This document shows positions 18,701 to 28,346 of a DNA stretch of 64,000 bases, piece by piece (position 1 is the first letter of the stretch; each line of letters opens with the position of its first letter). The stretch covers positions 3,812 through 67,811 of the forward strand of contig CAJAVM010000008.1 of NCBI GenBank assembly GCA_903945435.1, in the 5' to 3' direction. The DNA is from an uncultured bacterium. GTDB lineage: Bacteria; Patescibacteriota; Patescibacteriia; Patescibacteriales; UBA12465. The position numbers and the translations under genes are program-made. The notes below the pieces were generated by a model, which saw nothing but the letters and a program-made list of their open reading frames with translations, made no database searches and was not told the DNA's origin.

Positions 18701-20113
18701 TTAACTCTCTAATCCAACAATCTCATCAATTTTTACTTCTTCAGTGATTTGCGTTTGCATCTGCTCCTCCTTACTAATTAATTTTTTCTCTTTCCATTTA
18801 CCTCTCAAGAAAACGACCAAATATATAACAGACATAATTACACTAGTTGCTGGTAAAGTAATCCAAATTCCATCAAGTCCAAAATGAAAGACCTTCGATA
18901 ATAAATAAGCCATAGGAAGCTGAATAACCCATTGAGAAATTATTGTTAAGACCATTGATTGTTTAGTCGAGCCTGAAGCTTGTAGAGTGCTACCGATAAT
19001 GACTTGAATACCGAGTAGGCCAAAAGTTGGGGCGATAAAACGTAAGAAGCGTGCGCCTTCATTAATAACATTCATATCATGGGGAACAAAGAAGGCAACA
19101 AAGTATTTTCCAAAAATAAACACAATTACGCCTAAGATGCTTAAGGTTGTAAAAATTAATTTAAGACTTAATTTAGCAACTCTATCGGCGCGTTTTATAT
19201 CGCCAGCACCAAGACTTTGTCCAACTAAAGCCGCATTAGCCCCAGCAAATCCAAAGCATAGCATTAAAGCTAATTGGAAAATATTTGAGCCAACGCCGTA
19301 AGCGGCAATAGCTAGTGTTCCAAAACTCGTAATTAAGCCAGTCATAACTGTTAAGACTAAACTACGGGCTGATTGTTCTAAGGATGAGGGGAGACCTAAC
19401 CAAAATGCCTTTTTTAAAAAAACAAAATCCGGTAAAAAATCTGGCCAGTGTAATTTAATCCCATGATTTCCAGAAAATAAAGCAATCATCCCAATAATTG
19501 AAGCAATGCTTTGCGTAAATAAGGTTGCCCAGGCTGTACCGGCAACTCCAAGTGCCGGAATCGGTCCAACCCCAAACATAAATAAAGGATCAAGTGCAAA
19601 ATTTAATATTACTGTTCCGATTACAATGTAAACTGGCAACTTCGCTTTTCCAATACTGCGCATAATAGACTGAAACATGAAAAAGACAAAATTAAATATC
19701 ATGCCTAAAAAAGAAATGCGTAAGTAGGCAAGTGCGCTATCGAAAATAGTCATCTCAACTCCGAGAAATTTCAAAATATGAGCGGCAAAAAAATATCCAA
19801 GCGCGCTGGTGATTGCGGAAACCACAAAAACCATCAGCAAAGTTTGGGCTGAGCTATGACTAACCATTTTTTCATCCTTGGCCCCGAAATATTGCGCGGT
19901 TAAAGTCGCTCCGGCAATTGCAAAGCCAATACCAAGGGAAGTCATGAAGAAAATTATTGGCATACAGACCGCGACTGAAGCAATAGCACTCTCACCTAGA
20001 CGTCCAACCCAAAAGGCATCGGTTAATTGATAAGCCGCTTGAAAAAAATTGGCCAGGATTATTGGTCCGGCCAAAGCAAGTAAAGGCTTAATTAGACTTT
20101 TATTCTCATTCAT
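18701..20113 (-). CDS. MATE-family efflux transporter
   Basis: 470 aa with ~12 TM segments and typical MATE length and N-terminal pattern (..L-A-G-P-I-I-L-A-N-F-F-Q..). Confidence 0.8.
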   Translation of the reverse strand: MNENKSLIKPLLALAGPIILANFFQAAYQLTDAFWVGRLGESAIASVAVCMPIIFFMTSLGIGFAIAGATLTAQYFGAKDEKMVSHSSAQTLLMVFVVSAITSALGYFFAAHILKFLGVEMTIFDSALAYLRISFLGMIFNFVFFMFQSIMRSIGKAKLPVYIVIGTVILNFALDPLFMFGVGPIPALGVAGTAWATLFTQSIASIIGMIALFSGNHGIKLHWPDFLPDFVFLKKAFWLGLPSSLEQSARSLVLTVMTGLITSFGTLAIAAYGVGSNIFQLALMLCFGFAGANAALVGQSLGAGDIKRADRVAKLSLKLIFTTLSILGVIVFIFGKYFVAFFVPHDMNVINEGARFLRFIAPTFGLLGIQVIIGSTLQASGSTKQSMVLTIISQWVIQLPMAYLLSKVFHFGLDGIWITLPATSVIMSVIYLVVFLRGKWKEKKLISKEEQMQTQITEEVKIDEIVGLES

Positions 20114-20673
20114 AAATTTTTAATTATTTCAGCTTGAGTTTCATTAATACTCATTTCGCCGTCTATCTCTATAAGTTTACCCCTATTTCGGTAATGTTCC
20201 AAGAGAGGCTTAGATTCGCGTTCAAAGGTCGCAAAGCGATTCTTAATCGCTTCTGGGCTAACATCGTCCTTGCGCTTACCTAGCTTCGCTCTAGCGTTGA
20301 TTCTACGAAGAGCTTCTTCTGGTTTAAGACGTAAATAGTATAATTTTCCAATTTCTAACCCCATTTCGCCCGCTAATTTCTCCAACATTTCCGCCTGAGC
20401 AACAATACGCGGGAAGCCATCAAAAATAATACCCGATTCGGTTGCCTTATCACTAATATTTCTAATAACCTGAATCATTAAATTATCGGGAATTAAGGTT
20501 CCTTCATCAACAAAGGGCTTAATTTCCTTACCTAAACTAGAGCCAGATTCGATTTCTTCTCTTAATCTCTCACCCATTCCAAATTGGAAAAATCCATATT
20601 TTTCAGCTAATATTTGCGCCTGAGTAGATTTACCACAGCCAGGTTGGCCATAGAGGGTGATGATTTTTTTCAT
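20110..20673 (-). CDS. adk: Adenylate kinase
   Basis: 187 aa. P-loop G-Q-P-G-C-G-K-S-T-Q-A and G-F-P-R motif. Its TGA stop overlaps the MATE ATG (ATGA at 20110-20113). Confidence 0.9.
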   Translation of the reverse strand: MKKIITLYGQPGCGKSTQAQILAEKYGFFQFGMGERLREEIESGSSLGKEIKPFVDEGTLIPDNLMIQVIRNISDKATESGIIFDGFPRIVAQAEMLEKLAGEMGLEIGKLYYLRLKPEEALRRINARAKLGKRKDDVSPEAIKNRFATFERESKPLLEHYRNRGKLIEIDGEMSINETQAEIIKNL

Positions 20674-20707
20674 AGTTTTTAGTTGATTTTATCGTTTACT
20701 CTCTATA

Positions 20708-20716
20708 TGATATAAT
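20708..20716 (+). promoter_or_regulatory. Extended -10 element (TGaTATAAT) for the plus-strand glycan block
   Basis: tgatataat at 20708-20716 in the adk / 20781 divergent intergenic region. Confidence 0.4.
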
Positions 20717-20780
20717 ACTATCGAGTCTTAGACAAGATTTATATTAAAATTAGAGTAATAATCACTGTATTTATATACGT

Positions 20781-21653
20781 ATGGATATGAAAAAAAATCT
20801 CCTTATCGGTTTTATCGGCCAGGGTTTTATCGGAAAGAATTATGCCGATGATTTTGAAGCTCGCGGTTTTCAGGTTGTCCGTTATGCTAAAGAACCAGCT
20901 TATGAAATGAGTAAAGAAAAAATTGCCGAGTGCGATTTAGTTTTTATTGCCGTTCCAACCCCAACAACCCCAAGCGGTTTTAATTTCGATATCTTAAAAG
21001 AAGTTATCGGCTTGGTTGGTGTTGGTAAGTCGGCAATTGTAAAATCAACAATTCTCCCCGGAACTTGTGAGACTCTACAAAATTTATATCCCGATAGATT
21101 TGTTTTTCATTCTCCAGAATTCTTAACTGAGAAAACCGCTGCTTATGATGCCGCGCATCCAACGAGAAATATAGTTGGTTATCCGATTGAAAATGATGAG
21201 TATCGTACTAAGGCCCAAGAAATTTTAGATGTTCTTCCGGATTCTCCATTAAATATGATTTGTAGGGCGAAAGAGGCGGAGTTAGTTAAGTATGCGAGTA
21301 ATAGTTTTTTATTTTTGAAAATTGTTTATGCTAATATCTTGTATGATTTAGCAGTTAAGGAGGGAAGTGATTGGGAAAAAATTAGTGCGGGGATGTCGGC
21401 TGACCCAAGGATTGGCGCTTCTCATTTACAGCCAGCGCATGCTTCGGGTATAGACGGAAAAGTCGGACGCGGTGCAGGCGGACATTGTTTTGTAAAAGAT
21501 TTTGCGGCCTTACTCGAGTATGTTAGAAATAGCGGTAGTGATGTTTTGGGGGAGATGTTTCTGTGCGCCGCTGAAGCCAAAAACCTTAGCTTATTAAGAC
21601 AAAGTGGGAAAGATAAAAAAATAATTGAAGAAGTATATGGCAATGTTGATTAA
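20781..21653 (+). CDS. Short UDP-glucose/GDP-mannose dehydrogenase-family protein (N-terminal and central domains only)
   Basis: 290 aa. Rossmann G-F-I-G-Q-G-F-I-G, V-P-T-P, P-E-F-L-T-E and G-G-H-C-F-V-K-D (catalytic Cys motif). The usual C-terminal nucleotide-sugar-binding domain is missing. Confidence 0.65.
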   Translation: MDMKKNLLIGFIGQGFIGKNYADDFEARGFQVVRYAKEPAYEMSKEKIAECDLVFIAVPTPTTPSGFNFDILKEVIGLVGVGKSAIVKSTILPGTCETLQNLYPDRFVFHSPEFLTEKTAAYDAAHPTRNIVGYPIENDEYRTKAQEILDVLPDSPLNMICRAKEAELVKYASNSFLFLKIVYANILYDLAVKEGSDWEKISAGMSADPRIGASHLQPAHASGIDGKVGRGAGGHCFVKDFAALLEYVRNSGSDVLGEMFLCAAEAKNLSLLRQSGKDKKIIEEVYGNVD

Positions 21654-22227
21654 AAAAATTATTAAAAAATTAAAATTTATATTTTTACGAAATAATATTT
21701 CTGAAGATTTTAATCAGGGAGATGTAATTGAATGTTTAGCTAAAATAATAAGACCTGAAGTTTATGTTGAATTAGGGCTTTATCATTCGGATGTTCTTAA
21801 AAGAATACTTCCTTACGCAAATGAACTTATAGGTGCTGACATAAGTCTTGAATCAAAAAAATATTTCCCTAAAAATAGTAAGGCACGATTTTTTTGTTTA
21901 ACTTCGGATGCGTTGTTAGAAGTTTTAAAAAAAGAAAATAAAAAAATAGATTTTCTTTTTATAGACGCTGATCATTCGCGTCAGGCTGTTTTAAATGATT
22001 TTCATAATTATTTTCCATTAGTGTCTGATCAAGGTTTAATTTTTTTGCACGACGGGTTTCCGAAAAATGATTTTTATACCAAGCCGGGGTATTGCTCGGA
22101 TTGTTATAAGGCCATTATAGAATTAGGAGAAAAATCAAATGAATATGAATTAATGACAATACCTAAACATCCAGGACTAACCATTTGTCGAAAAAGAAAA
22201 AAACATTTGCCATGGCTTAATAATTAA
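21637..22227 (+). CDS. Class I SAM-dependent methyltransferase (sugar O-methyltransferase-like)
   Basis: The ORF runs 21625-22227. ATG at 21637 or 21643 is equally possible and overlaps the previous gene's end. Motifs V-E-L-G and F-L-F-I-D-A-D-H-S. Confidence 0.6.
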   Translation: MAMLIKKIIKKLKFIFLRNNISEDFNQGDVIECLAKIIRPEVYVELGLYHSDVLKRILPYANELIGADISLESKKYFPKNSKARFFCLTSDALLEVLKKENKKIDFLFIDADHSRQAVLNDFHNYFPLVSDQGLIFLHDGFPKNDFYTKPGYCSDCYKAIIELGEKSNEYELMTIPKHPGLTICRKRKKHLPWLNN

Positions 22228-22232
22228 TAAAG

Positions 22233-23528
22233 ATGCTTGATAAAATATTTCTAAAATTAGAACGGTTTGTTCCGGAAAAATGGCACCGGGTTTTAAGCCA
22301 CGAAGGCTTTAAGCGTTATTTCGCTAATACCGGTTGGATGTTTTTCGGTCAAATGTTTTCACTGCTGGTTTCTTTTTTCATTGGCGCCTGGATAGCTAGA
22401 TATTTAGGGCCAAAAAACTATGGGATTGTGAGCTATGTAGTTGCTTTTGTTGGCTTATTCGGATTTATTAGCACGCTGGGCGTAGATGGAATTTTAAATA
22501 GAGAATTAGTCAGCCACCCAGAAAAGAGAGATGAATTAATGGGGACGGCTTTTAGATTGAAATTATTTGGCGGTGGTTTAGCGTTTATTGTTGCTGTTGT
22601 TTGCGCTTTTATGTTTAGTGGGGCAGATGTTTTCATAAGAGCATTGATTATAATGTTTAGTTTATCTCTTTTTCTTCAAGCACCTTTTGTGATTAGTATT
22701 TTCTTTTATTCAAATGTTAAGGCTAAGGAAAATATTAAATCACAAATTTTAGCGGCAATAATTTCTTCTATCTTAAAAATCATTTTAATTTTATCGGGAG
22801 CTGGGGTTATCTGGCTTCTCTTCATTTATACAGCTGATTCATTATGGCAAGTTATTTTTCTGCTTCGTTCTTACAGGGCACAAGGTTTAAAAATTTCTGC
22901 TTGGCGTTTTAATACGGATCTTGCAAAAAATTTATGGCGGAATTCTTGGCCATTAATGTTGTCTTCAGCCGCCGCTTTTATTTATCTGCGCATAGACCAG
23001 GTTATGGTTGGAAAAATTATGGGTGAAGAGGCAGTCGGTATTTATGCGGCCGGAGTAAAAATTACAGAAATATTTTATTTTTTGCCAGGCATAATTTGTG
23101 GGTCACTTTTCCCGGCGATTATTAATGCTCGTAATACTAATAAAGAATTATATTATCGACGTCTTAATTTTTTTTATTTTTTATTAGGAGGGTTAGGATT
23201 AATAATAGCTATCCCAATTGCTTTTCTCGCTAAGCCTATTATTAGCATTATATTTGGAGCTGAATATTTAGCCGCTATTCCGGTTTTGCAAATTTATGTT
23301 TGGTCTAGTGTCGGATTGTTTCTTGCTTCTGCCGCAGGTCAACAACTAGTAGCTGAAAATAGAAGTAAGATGATATTTATAATTAGTTTTTTCGCTATGA
23401 TAATAAATATTATTTTGAATATAATTTTGATTCCGAAGATAGGTCTTATTGGCGCGGCTATAGCAACACTTATTGCTTATTTTGTTACGCCCATTTGGAT
23501 GTTGTTTTTAAAGAGAGAAAATACATAG
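22233..23528 (+). CDS. Wzx-type oligosaccharide flippase (MOP superfamily)
   Basis: 431 aa with ~12 TM segments. Polysaccharide-biosynthesis-protein topology and glycan-cluster context. Confidence 0.75.
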   Translation: MLDKIFLKLERFVPEKWHRVLSHEGFKRYFANTGWMFFGQMFSLLVSFFIGAWIARYLGPKNYGIVSYVVAFVGLFGFISTLGVDGILNRELVSHPEKRDELMGTAFRLKLFGGGLAFIVAVVCAFMFSGADVFIRALIIMFSLSLFLQAPFVISIFFYSNVKAKENIKSQILAAIISSILKIILILSGAGVIWLLFIYTADSLWQVIFLLRSYRAQGLKISAWRFNTDLAKNLWRNSWPLMLSSAAAFIYLRIDQVMVGKIMGEEAVGIYAAGVKITEIFYFLPGIICGSLFPAIINARNTNKELYYRRLNFFYFLLGGLGLIIAIPIAFLAKPIISIIFGAEYLAAIPVLQIYVWSSVGLFLASAAGQQLVAENRSKMIFIISFFAMIINIILNIILIPKIGLIGAAIATLIAYFVTPIWMLFLKRENT

Positions 23529-23532
23529 TTAT

Positions 23533-24624
23533 ATGAAAACTCTTCTCGTTATAACTAAGGCGGAAATAGGTGGAGCACAATCCTTCATTTTAACTTTGGC
23601 TAAGGGTTTAAAAAAGTATGATAATCAAGTTGCGGTTGCTGCCGGAGAGGGAACCTTTTTACCGGAAGAATTAAAAAAAGAAAATATTAATTTTTTTCGT
23701 CTTAATAATTTAAAAAGAAGTAAGAATCCTTTATCAGTAATTAGCTTTATTTTAGAATTAAAAAAATTAATAGATAAAGGGCAATTCGATGTTCTTCACC
23801 TGAATAGTACGAATACTTTACCAGGCGTTTTAGCTGTTAAATTTGCTAAACAAAAACCAAAAGTTATTTTTACGGTTCATGGCCTTTCAGTGCTCGACCC
23901 AAATTATAAAACCCTAGAAATTATTAAATTTATTTTTAAAATTTATTTTAAGTTTTTTTTACAGTTTGTCGATAAAGTAGTTTTTGTGAGCAAATATAAT
24001 TTAGTAGAGGCAACGAAACAGAAGATAATTAAAGACGGAATAGTTATATATAACGGACTCGATATAAATCAGGATTATTTTTTGAATAGAAGCCAGGCTA
24101 GGGAAGATCTTGGTGAATTAATTGGAGTTAACCTATCTGGATATTATGTAATCGGTTCTATCGGAAGGTTGGCTACTCAAAAAAATTATAATTTTATTAT
24201 TAATTCTTGGCCAGCAATAAAAAAAGTAAAAGCTAACGCAAAGTTAATAATTATTGGTGAGGGGCCAGAAAGAGAGAGATATAAAATATTAATTGAGAAA
24301 ATGAAGGCCAAGAGCGATATATTTTTACCGGGAGAAATGAATAACGCTAGTAGATTGTTAAGGGGATTAGATTTGTTTGTTTTGCCATCCGTATACGAAG
24401 GGCTATCAATTTCTTTAATAGAAGCCGGTTTTTCGGATATTTCAATTTTAGCAAGTGATGTCGGGGGCAATAGAGAAATAATAGGAGCGGAAAATTGTTT
24501 CATTCTTAATAATGAAGAAAGTTTAATAAATAAATTAAATAATAATTTAGTGACTCACATGGAGCAATCATCTTTTTCTGCTAATAGTATGGTTAAGAAA
24601 TATAAAGAAGTGTATGAAATTTAG
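23533..24624 (+). CDS. GT-B glycosyltransferase (family 4-like)
   Basis: 363 aa. The C-terminal E-G-L-S-I-S-L-I-E-A motif (E-x7-E) is typical of group-1 glycosyltransferases. Confidence 0.8.
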   Translation: MKTLLVITKAEIGGAQSFILTLAKGLKKYDNQVAVAAGEGTFLPEELKKENINFFRLNNLKRSKNPLSVISFILELKKLIDKGQFDVLHLNSTNTLPGVLAVKFAKQKPKVIFTVHGLSVLDPNYKTLEIIKFIFKIYFKFFLQFVDKVVFVSKYNLVEATKQKIIKDGIVIYNGLDINQDYFLNRSQAREDLGELIGVNLSGYYVIGSIGRLATQKNYNFIINSWPAIKKVKANAKLIIIGEGPERERYKILIEKMKAKSDIFLPGEMNNASRLLRGLDLFVLPSVYEGLSISLIEAGFSDISILASDVGGNREIIGAENCFILNNEESLINKLNNNLVTHMEQSSFSANSMVKKYKEVYEI

Positions 24625-25510
24625 TATTGTAATACCAACGTATAACAGAGAAGATGATTTAAGTAAATGCTTAGGCTCTATTTTAACGCAAGAGCTTTTG
24701 CCGGATGAAGTTATTGTAGTGGATGATGGAAGTTTACCGGAAATTTTTGTAAAAAATTGGACCGAAAAATTATTAATTAAAGCAATAAAAATAGTATATT
24801 ATAAAAAAAATCATGATATTGAAACACGAGGGTCATCTGAATCAAGAAATAAGGCCTTAGAATTTATAAGTAATGAAATATTTTTTATTTTTGATGATGA
24901 CGTTATTTTGGAATCTGATTTTTGTAGTAATATAATAAAAATTTGGAAAGACAATGGCGATAATAGCTTAATCGGTGTCGGCGGGATAATTAAAAATAGG
25001 CGTAAAAAAATAAAATTTGAAAAATATTTTTATAAGTTTTTTGGTATAAGCTCTAAATATAGTTGGGACGTTAATGACGTTGGATTTCAGATTTGGGATG
25101 AAGACATATCGGCTCCTAGTATCGGTTACTATGCTCACGGAGGAGTTTGTTCATATAGATTAAATAAAACAAAAGAACTTCGTTTTTCAACTTTTTCAGG
25201 AGGTCGAGCTGCTCTGGAGGATGTAGATTTTTGTTTAAGAGCTAAATTAAGAGATTATCATTTTATAATTCAGCCAAAAGCTCGGCTATTTCATTATCCG
25301 AGCGCTGTTAGCAGAGAGGGGCAATTCCTGACTGGACAGAAGGAAAGCCGTAATAGAAAAATAATATTTAAATCAATAGATAAAAAACCAAACCCTTTTT
25401 TGTGGGTTTGGTTTTATTGGGCTAATTTAGGTTGGATTCTGAGGCAGTTTTTCGTTGGCAATTTTAGAAAGGGTCGCGGAATGATAAATGGTCTCTTTAT
25501 TCATCTCTAA
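24614..25510 (+). CDS. Family 2 glycosyltransferase
   Basis: 298 aa. F-S-I-V-I-P-T-Y-N-R-E-D-D-L, V-V-D-D-G-S and F-D-D-D-V (DxD). Confidence 0.8.
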   Translation: MKFSIVIPTYNREDDLSKCLGSILTQELLPDEVIVVDDGSLPEIFVKNWTEKLLIKAIKIVYYKKNHDIETRGSSESRNKALEFISNEIFFIFDDDVILESDFCSNIIKIWKDNGDNSLIGVGGIIKNRRKKIKFEKYFYKFFGISSKYSWDVNDVGFQIWDEDISAPSIGYYAHGGVCSYRLNKTKELRFSTFSGGRAALEDVDFCLRAKLRDYHFIIQPKARLFHYPSAVSREGQFLTGQKESRNRKIIFKSIDKKPNPFLWVWFYWANLGWILRQFFVGNFRKGRGMINGLFIHL

Positions 25511-27200
25511 AGTCGCTATCTTCAAGTCTATATAGTTTCCAATATTTACTGGTTATAGACATATTTTTTGTTAGTGGGGTTCCTTTGTAATCTTCTAAGG
25601 TCATTGGTTCAACTTTACTTCCTCCAGCTACAGCGTAGTCATACATTGATATTTTTTTATCTCCACAAATATGAATTATTGGCTGTTGTGGCTTTTCTTT
25701 TACAATATCTCTTAACCCCTTAGCTACTCCCTGAGCGAATAAATAGGTTCCATAACGATCAGTAAAAGCTTTTGGATATTCCCAGGGCATGCTAGTGAAA
25801 TTTGTTCTTGTTATTGTGACCATCATCTCTGGGTTGTTGTATGTTTTAGCAATTTCTTCGGCAATATATTTTGTGAGCCCATAATAATGCTTTGGATAAG
25901 GAAGGCTGTCTTCGTTTTCCATAGTTTCGTCATCAGTCCCTGGAAATACGCAGGCGGTATCAAGATAAATAAAGTGTTTTATGCCATATTTTTTTGAAGC
26001 GTCTAATAAACGCCTAATACCGTTTACATTGATATCATAGGCCTGCTCTTTGTCGTTTTCGCAGTTTGGAATTCCAGTCATCGCTGCTAAATGTATAACC
26101 GTGTCTATTTTATGATTATTGAAGTAGCTATCGATACTGTCATTACTAGCCAGGCTCATTTCTTCTCTGTTCGGATACTGAGCCTTTTTAAATATTTTTT
26201 TACAGGCCCTGCCTAGTCTTCCTGATCCGCCGGTTATAAGTATTCTGCTTTCATCAATTTGATTTATTTCCATTAATTTCTTATCATCATATTTTTTTTC
26301 TTTATAATCGATGCCTCTCGAAAAATCTATTATTTCAGCGATGCCTTTTTCTATATTATATTCAAATTTGAATCCCGCATCTATTAATTTTTTACTTGAG
26401 GCAATGTAGTTTCGAGGGTCTTCGATTAGATTAGTTTTTTCAACTTTTGTTCCATATTTTGTTTCAAATGCCTCGGCAATGCCTTTTATTGTTTCATTAT
26501 CTCCAGCTAAATTGAATATCCCGCTGAGGTTATTTTTGTATGCGAATATAAAGGCCCGAGAAATATCTCTGGTGTGGGAGAAGGGGCGATATTGGTTTCC
26601 TCCGAAAACAGAGAGAGTCTCTCCATTGGCTGCTTTTGCTGAAAATAAATTTATCACTAAATCATATCTCATTCTTGGCGATAAGCCGTAGGCAGTTCCT
26701 AATCTAAATACACAATAATCATTTGCTAATTCTCTAACAAATCTTTCTTGTTGATATTTAGTCTGTCCATAGAAATCAATCGGGAAGACTGGTGATTCCT
26801 CAGTTAACGGTTTATCTGGTGAGCAGTTCTCTGATCCGTATAAGGAACAAGTGCTAGCATGAATGATTTTATATTTATGCTTATTTGCTACTTCAATCAA
26901 ATTTCTAGTTCCGACGCAGTTTACTTCCAACGCTTGTCTGGTATTAACTAAACAAGCAGGGTCGCCTACAATAGCAGCTAAATTAACAATAGTATCAGCT
27001 TCTTCTCTCTGGGTAGATAAAATGTGGTCTAATCTTTCTTTATCTAGTAAATCACAATTGATAAATTTAGCATCTTTTTCAGCTAATCCATATAAGTTAT
27101 TATCAATTACTATTGTTTCGATACCTTCTTTTTTGCATTCTTCTTGCAAAACTCTACCAATATACCCGAGTCCCCCAGTGATAATGATTTTTTTGTTCAT
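25497..27200 (-). CDS. Fusion of two extended-SDR nucleotide-sugar enzymes (epimerase/dehydratase-like plus RmlD-like reductase)
   Basis: 567 aa. Domain 1 has I-I-I-T-G-G-L-G-Y-I-G, S-T-C-S-L-Y-G and Y-G-Q-T-K. Domain 2 starts at residue 319 (codon 26246-26244) with R-I-L-I-T-G-G-S-G-R-L-G and carries Y-G-L-T-K. Confidence 0.75.
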   Translation of the reverse strand: MNKKIIITGGLGYIGRVLQEECKKEGIETIVIDNNLYGLAEKDAKFINCDLLDKERLDHILSTQREEADTIVNLAAIVGDPACLVNTRQALEVNCVGTRNLIEVANKHKYKIIHASTCSLYGSENCSPDKPLTEESPVFPIDFYGQTKYQQERFVRELANDYCVFRLGTAYGLSPRMRYDLVINLFSAKAANGETLSVFGGNQYRPFSHTRDISRAFIFAYKNNLSGIFNLAGDNETIKGIAEAFETKYGTKVEKTNLIEDPRNYIASSKKLIDAGFKFEYNIEKGIAEIIDFSRGIDYKEKKYDDKKLMEINQIDESRILITGGSGRLGRACKKIFKKAQYPNREEMSLASNDSIDSYFNNHKIDTVIHLAAMTGIPNCENDKEQAYDINVNGIRRLLDASKKYGIKHFIYLDTACVFPGTDDETMENEDSLPYPKHYYGLTKYIAEEIAKTYNNPEMMVTITRTNFTSMPWEYPKAFTDRYGTYLFAQGVAKGLRDIVKEKPQQPIIHICGDKKISMYDYAVAGGSKVEPMTLEDYKGTPLTKNMSITSKYWKLYRLEDSDFRDE

Positions 27201-27211
27201 ATTAAATTAAA

Positions 27212-27934
27212 TTAAATAATTTTTTCTATTTTTCTTTTAATAAATTTAAGCGGTTGATAAAAAAGATTAAATTGCACATCAAAGCTTAATTTGCGATGTT
27301 TTAATTTGTCTAATAAGCTAACCTTTTCTGTTAAATAGTTTTTGCTGTCTTTTGTGAGTAAATAAACAGCGATATTGGAAAATTTTTTCAGACCAATAAT
27401 TTCTCCATCACATAAATTTACAAAATTAATAAATTTTTTGTTAGACCAAAAAGTTAGATGTTTTTCGTAACTATTTTGCCAATAGTTTGAGCTATTATCA
27501 CAATCATCTTCTACGCCGGCCTCCGCATCCAGAGGTAACGAGACCAAACAATAGCGGCAATTATTTAATATTTTTTTTAAAACAGTCTCAGTGTCTTTAT
27601 CGGAGAGATGTTCTAAAATATCTCCTAGTATTACTACGTCATATTTTTTTAAAAATACAAAATCACATATGTCAGTATTGTAAACAGATTTATAATATTT
27701 ATTAAGATTAAATAACTTTACATAACGTTCGCAAACCTCCACTGCATCAAAGTTTAAGTTCTTATTAGATAATAACTTAGCGTAAGTGGCCCAACCAGGG
27801 CCAATATCAAGAACAGATTTGATACCTTTTAATTCATTAAACCATTCTATTATTTGGAGTTTGCCTGTTATTGATGATCCTGGCATATTATTATCTATTA
27901 TTAATTTTCCAAATATTTTCTCCGAGTGTGTCAA
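27212..27934 (-). CDS. Class I SAM-dependent methyltransferase
   Basis: V-L-D-I-G-P-G-W-A-T-Y (motif I). An alternative start (M-P-G-S.. at 27886) would remove the 44-nt overlap with the upstream gene. Confidence 0.65.
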   Translation of the reverse strand: MTHSEKIFGKLIIDNNMPGSSITGKLQIIEWFNELKGIKSVLDIGPGWATYAKLLSNKNLNFDAVEVCERYVKLFNLNKYYKSVYNTDICDFVFLKKYDVVILGDILEHLSDKDTETVLKKILNNCRYCLVSLPLDAEAGVEDDCDNSSNYWQNSYEKHLTFWSNKKFINFVNLCDGEIIGLKKFSNIAVYLLTKDSKNYLTEKVSLLDKLKHRKLSFDVQFNLFYQPLKFIKRKIEKII

Positions 27935-28346
27935 AAGGCAATCTTATATCGTCCTCCCTTGATTCATCAATTGTTGAGGTGGAATATGTTATAATCAAGG
28001 AATCTTCGCTTAAGGATACAAAGCCATTATAGAAGCCTGCCGGTACGAACAATATTTTTGGTACCGAGGCAAGGAGGGTGTATTCTTTCCATAAATTATC
28101 TTCCATGCCCATTATAATAAATTTAAAAGCACCTTTAGGGACATAAAATAATTTGCCTTCTTTTTTGTGACCATGAAAAGCTCTCACTACTCCAGGCTGA
28201 GTGTTAGTTATAATGTAGCTTCTTTTAAATATTTCGGAAAAAGGGATGCTAATAAAATCTCCGCGATCATCTCCGAATCTTTTTATTTCTTCAATAATTA
28301 CACCTGGCTGTTCCTCATTAAACTCAAGTTTTTTGTAATTTATCAT
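27891..28346 (-). CDS. Cupin-fold nucleotide-sugar epimerase/ketoisomerase (RmlC/FdtA/WxcM-like)
   Basis: 151 aa. F-G-D-D-R-G-D-F...R-A-F-H-G-H-K pattern and cluster context. ATGA overlap with the wecB stop at 28343-28346. Confidence 0.6.
   Translation of the reverse strand: MINYKKLEFNEEQPGVIIEEIKRFGDDRGDFISIPFSEIFKRSYIITNTQPGVVRAFHGHKKEGKLFYVPKGAFKFIIMGMEDNLWKEYTLLASVPKILFVPAGFYNGFVSLSEDSLIITYSTSTIDESREDDIRLPFDTLGENIWKINNR

Noticed and set aside
20110-20113. Possible alternative genetic code (UGA recoding), as in some reduced-genome lineages
   Set aside because: TGA functions as a stop in the ATGA overlaps at 20110-20113 (adk) and 33213-33216. All recognisable proteins are full length under the standard bacterial code, and no in-frame TGA is needed.
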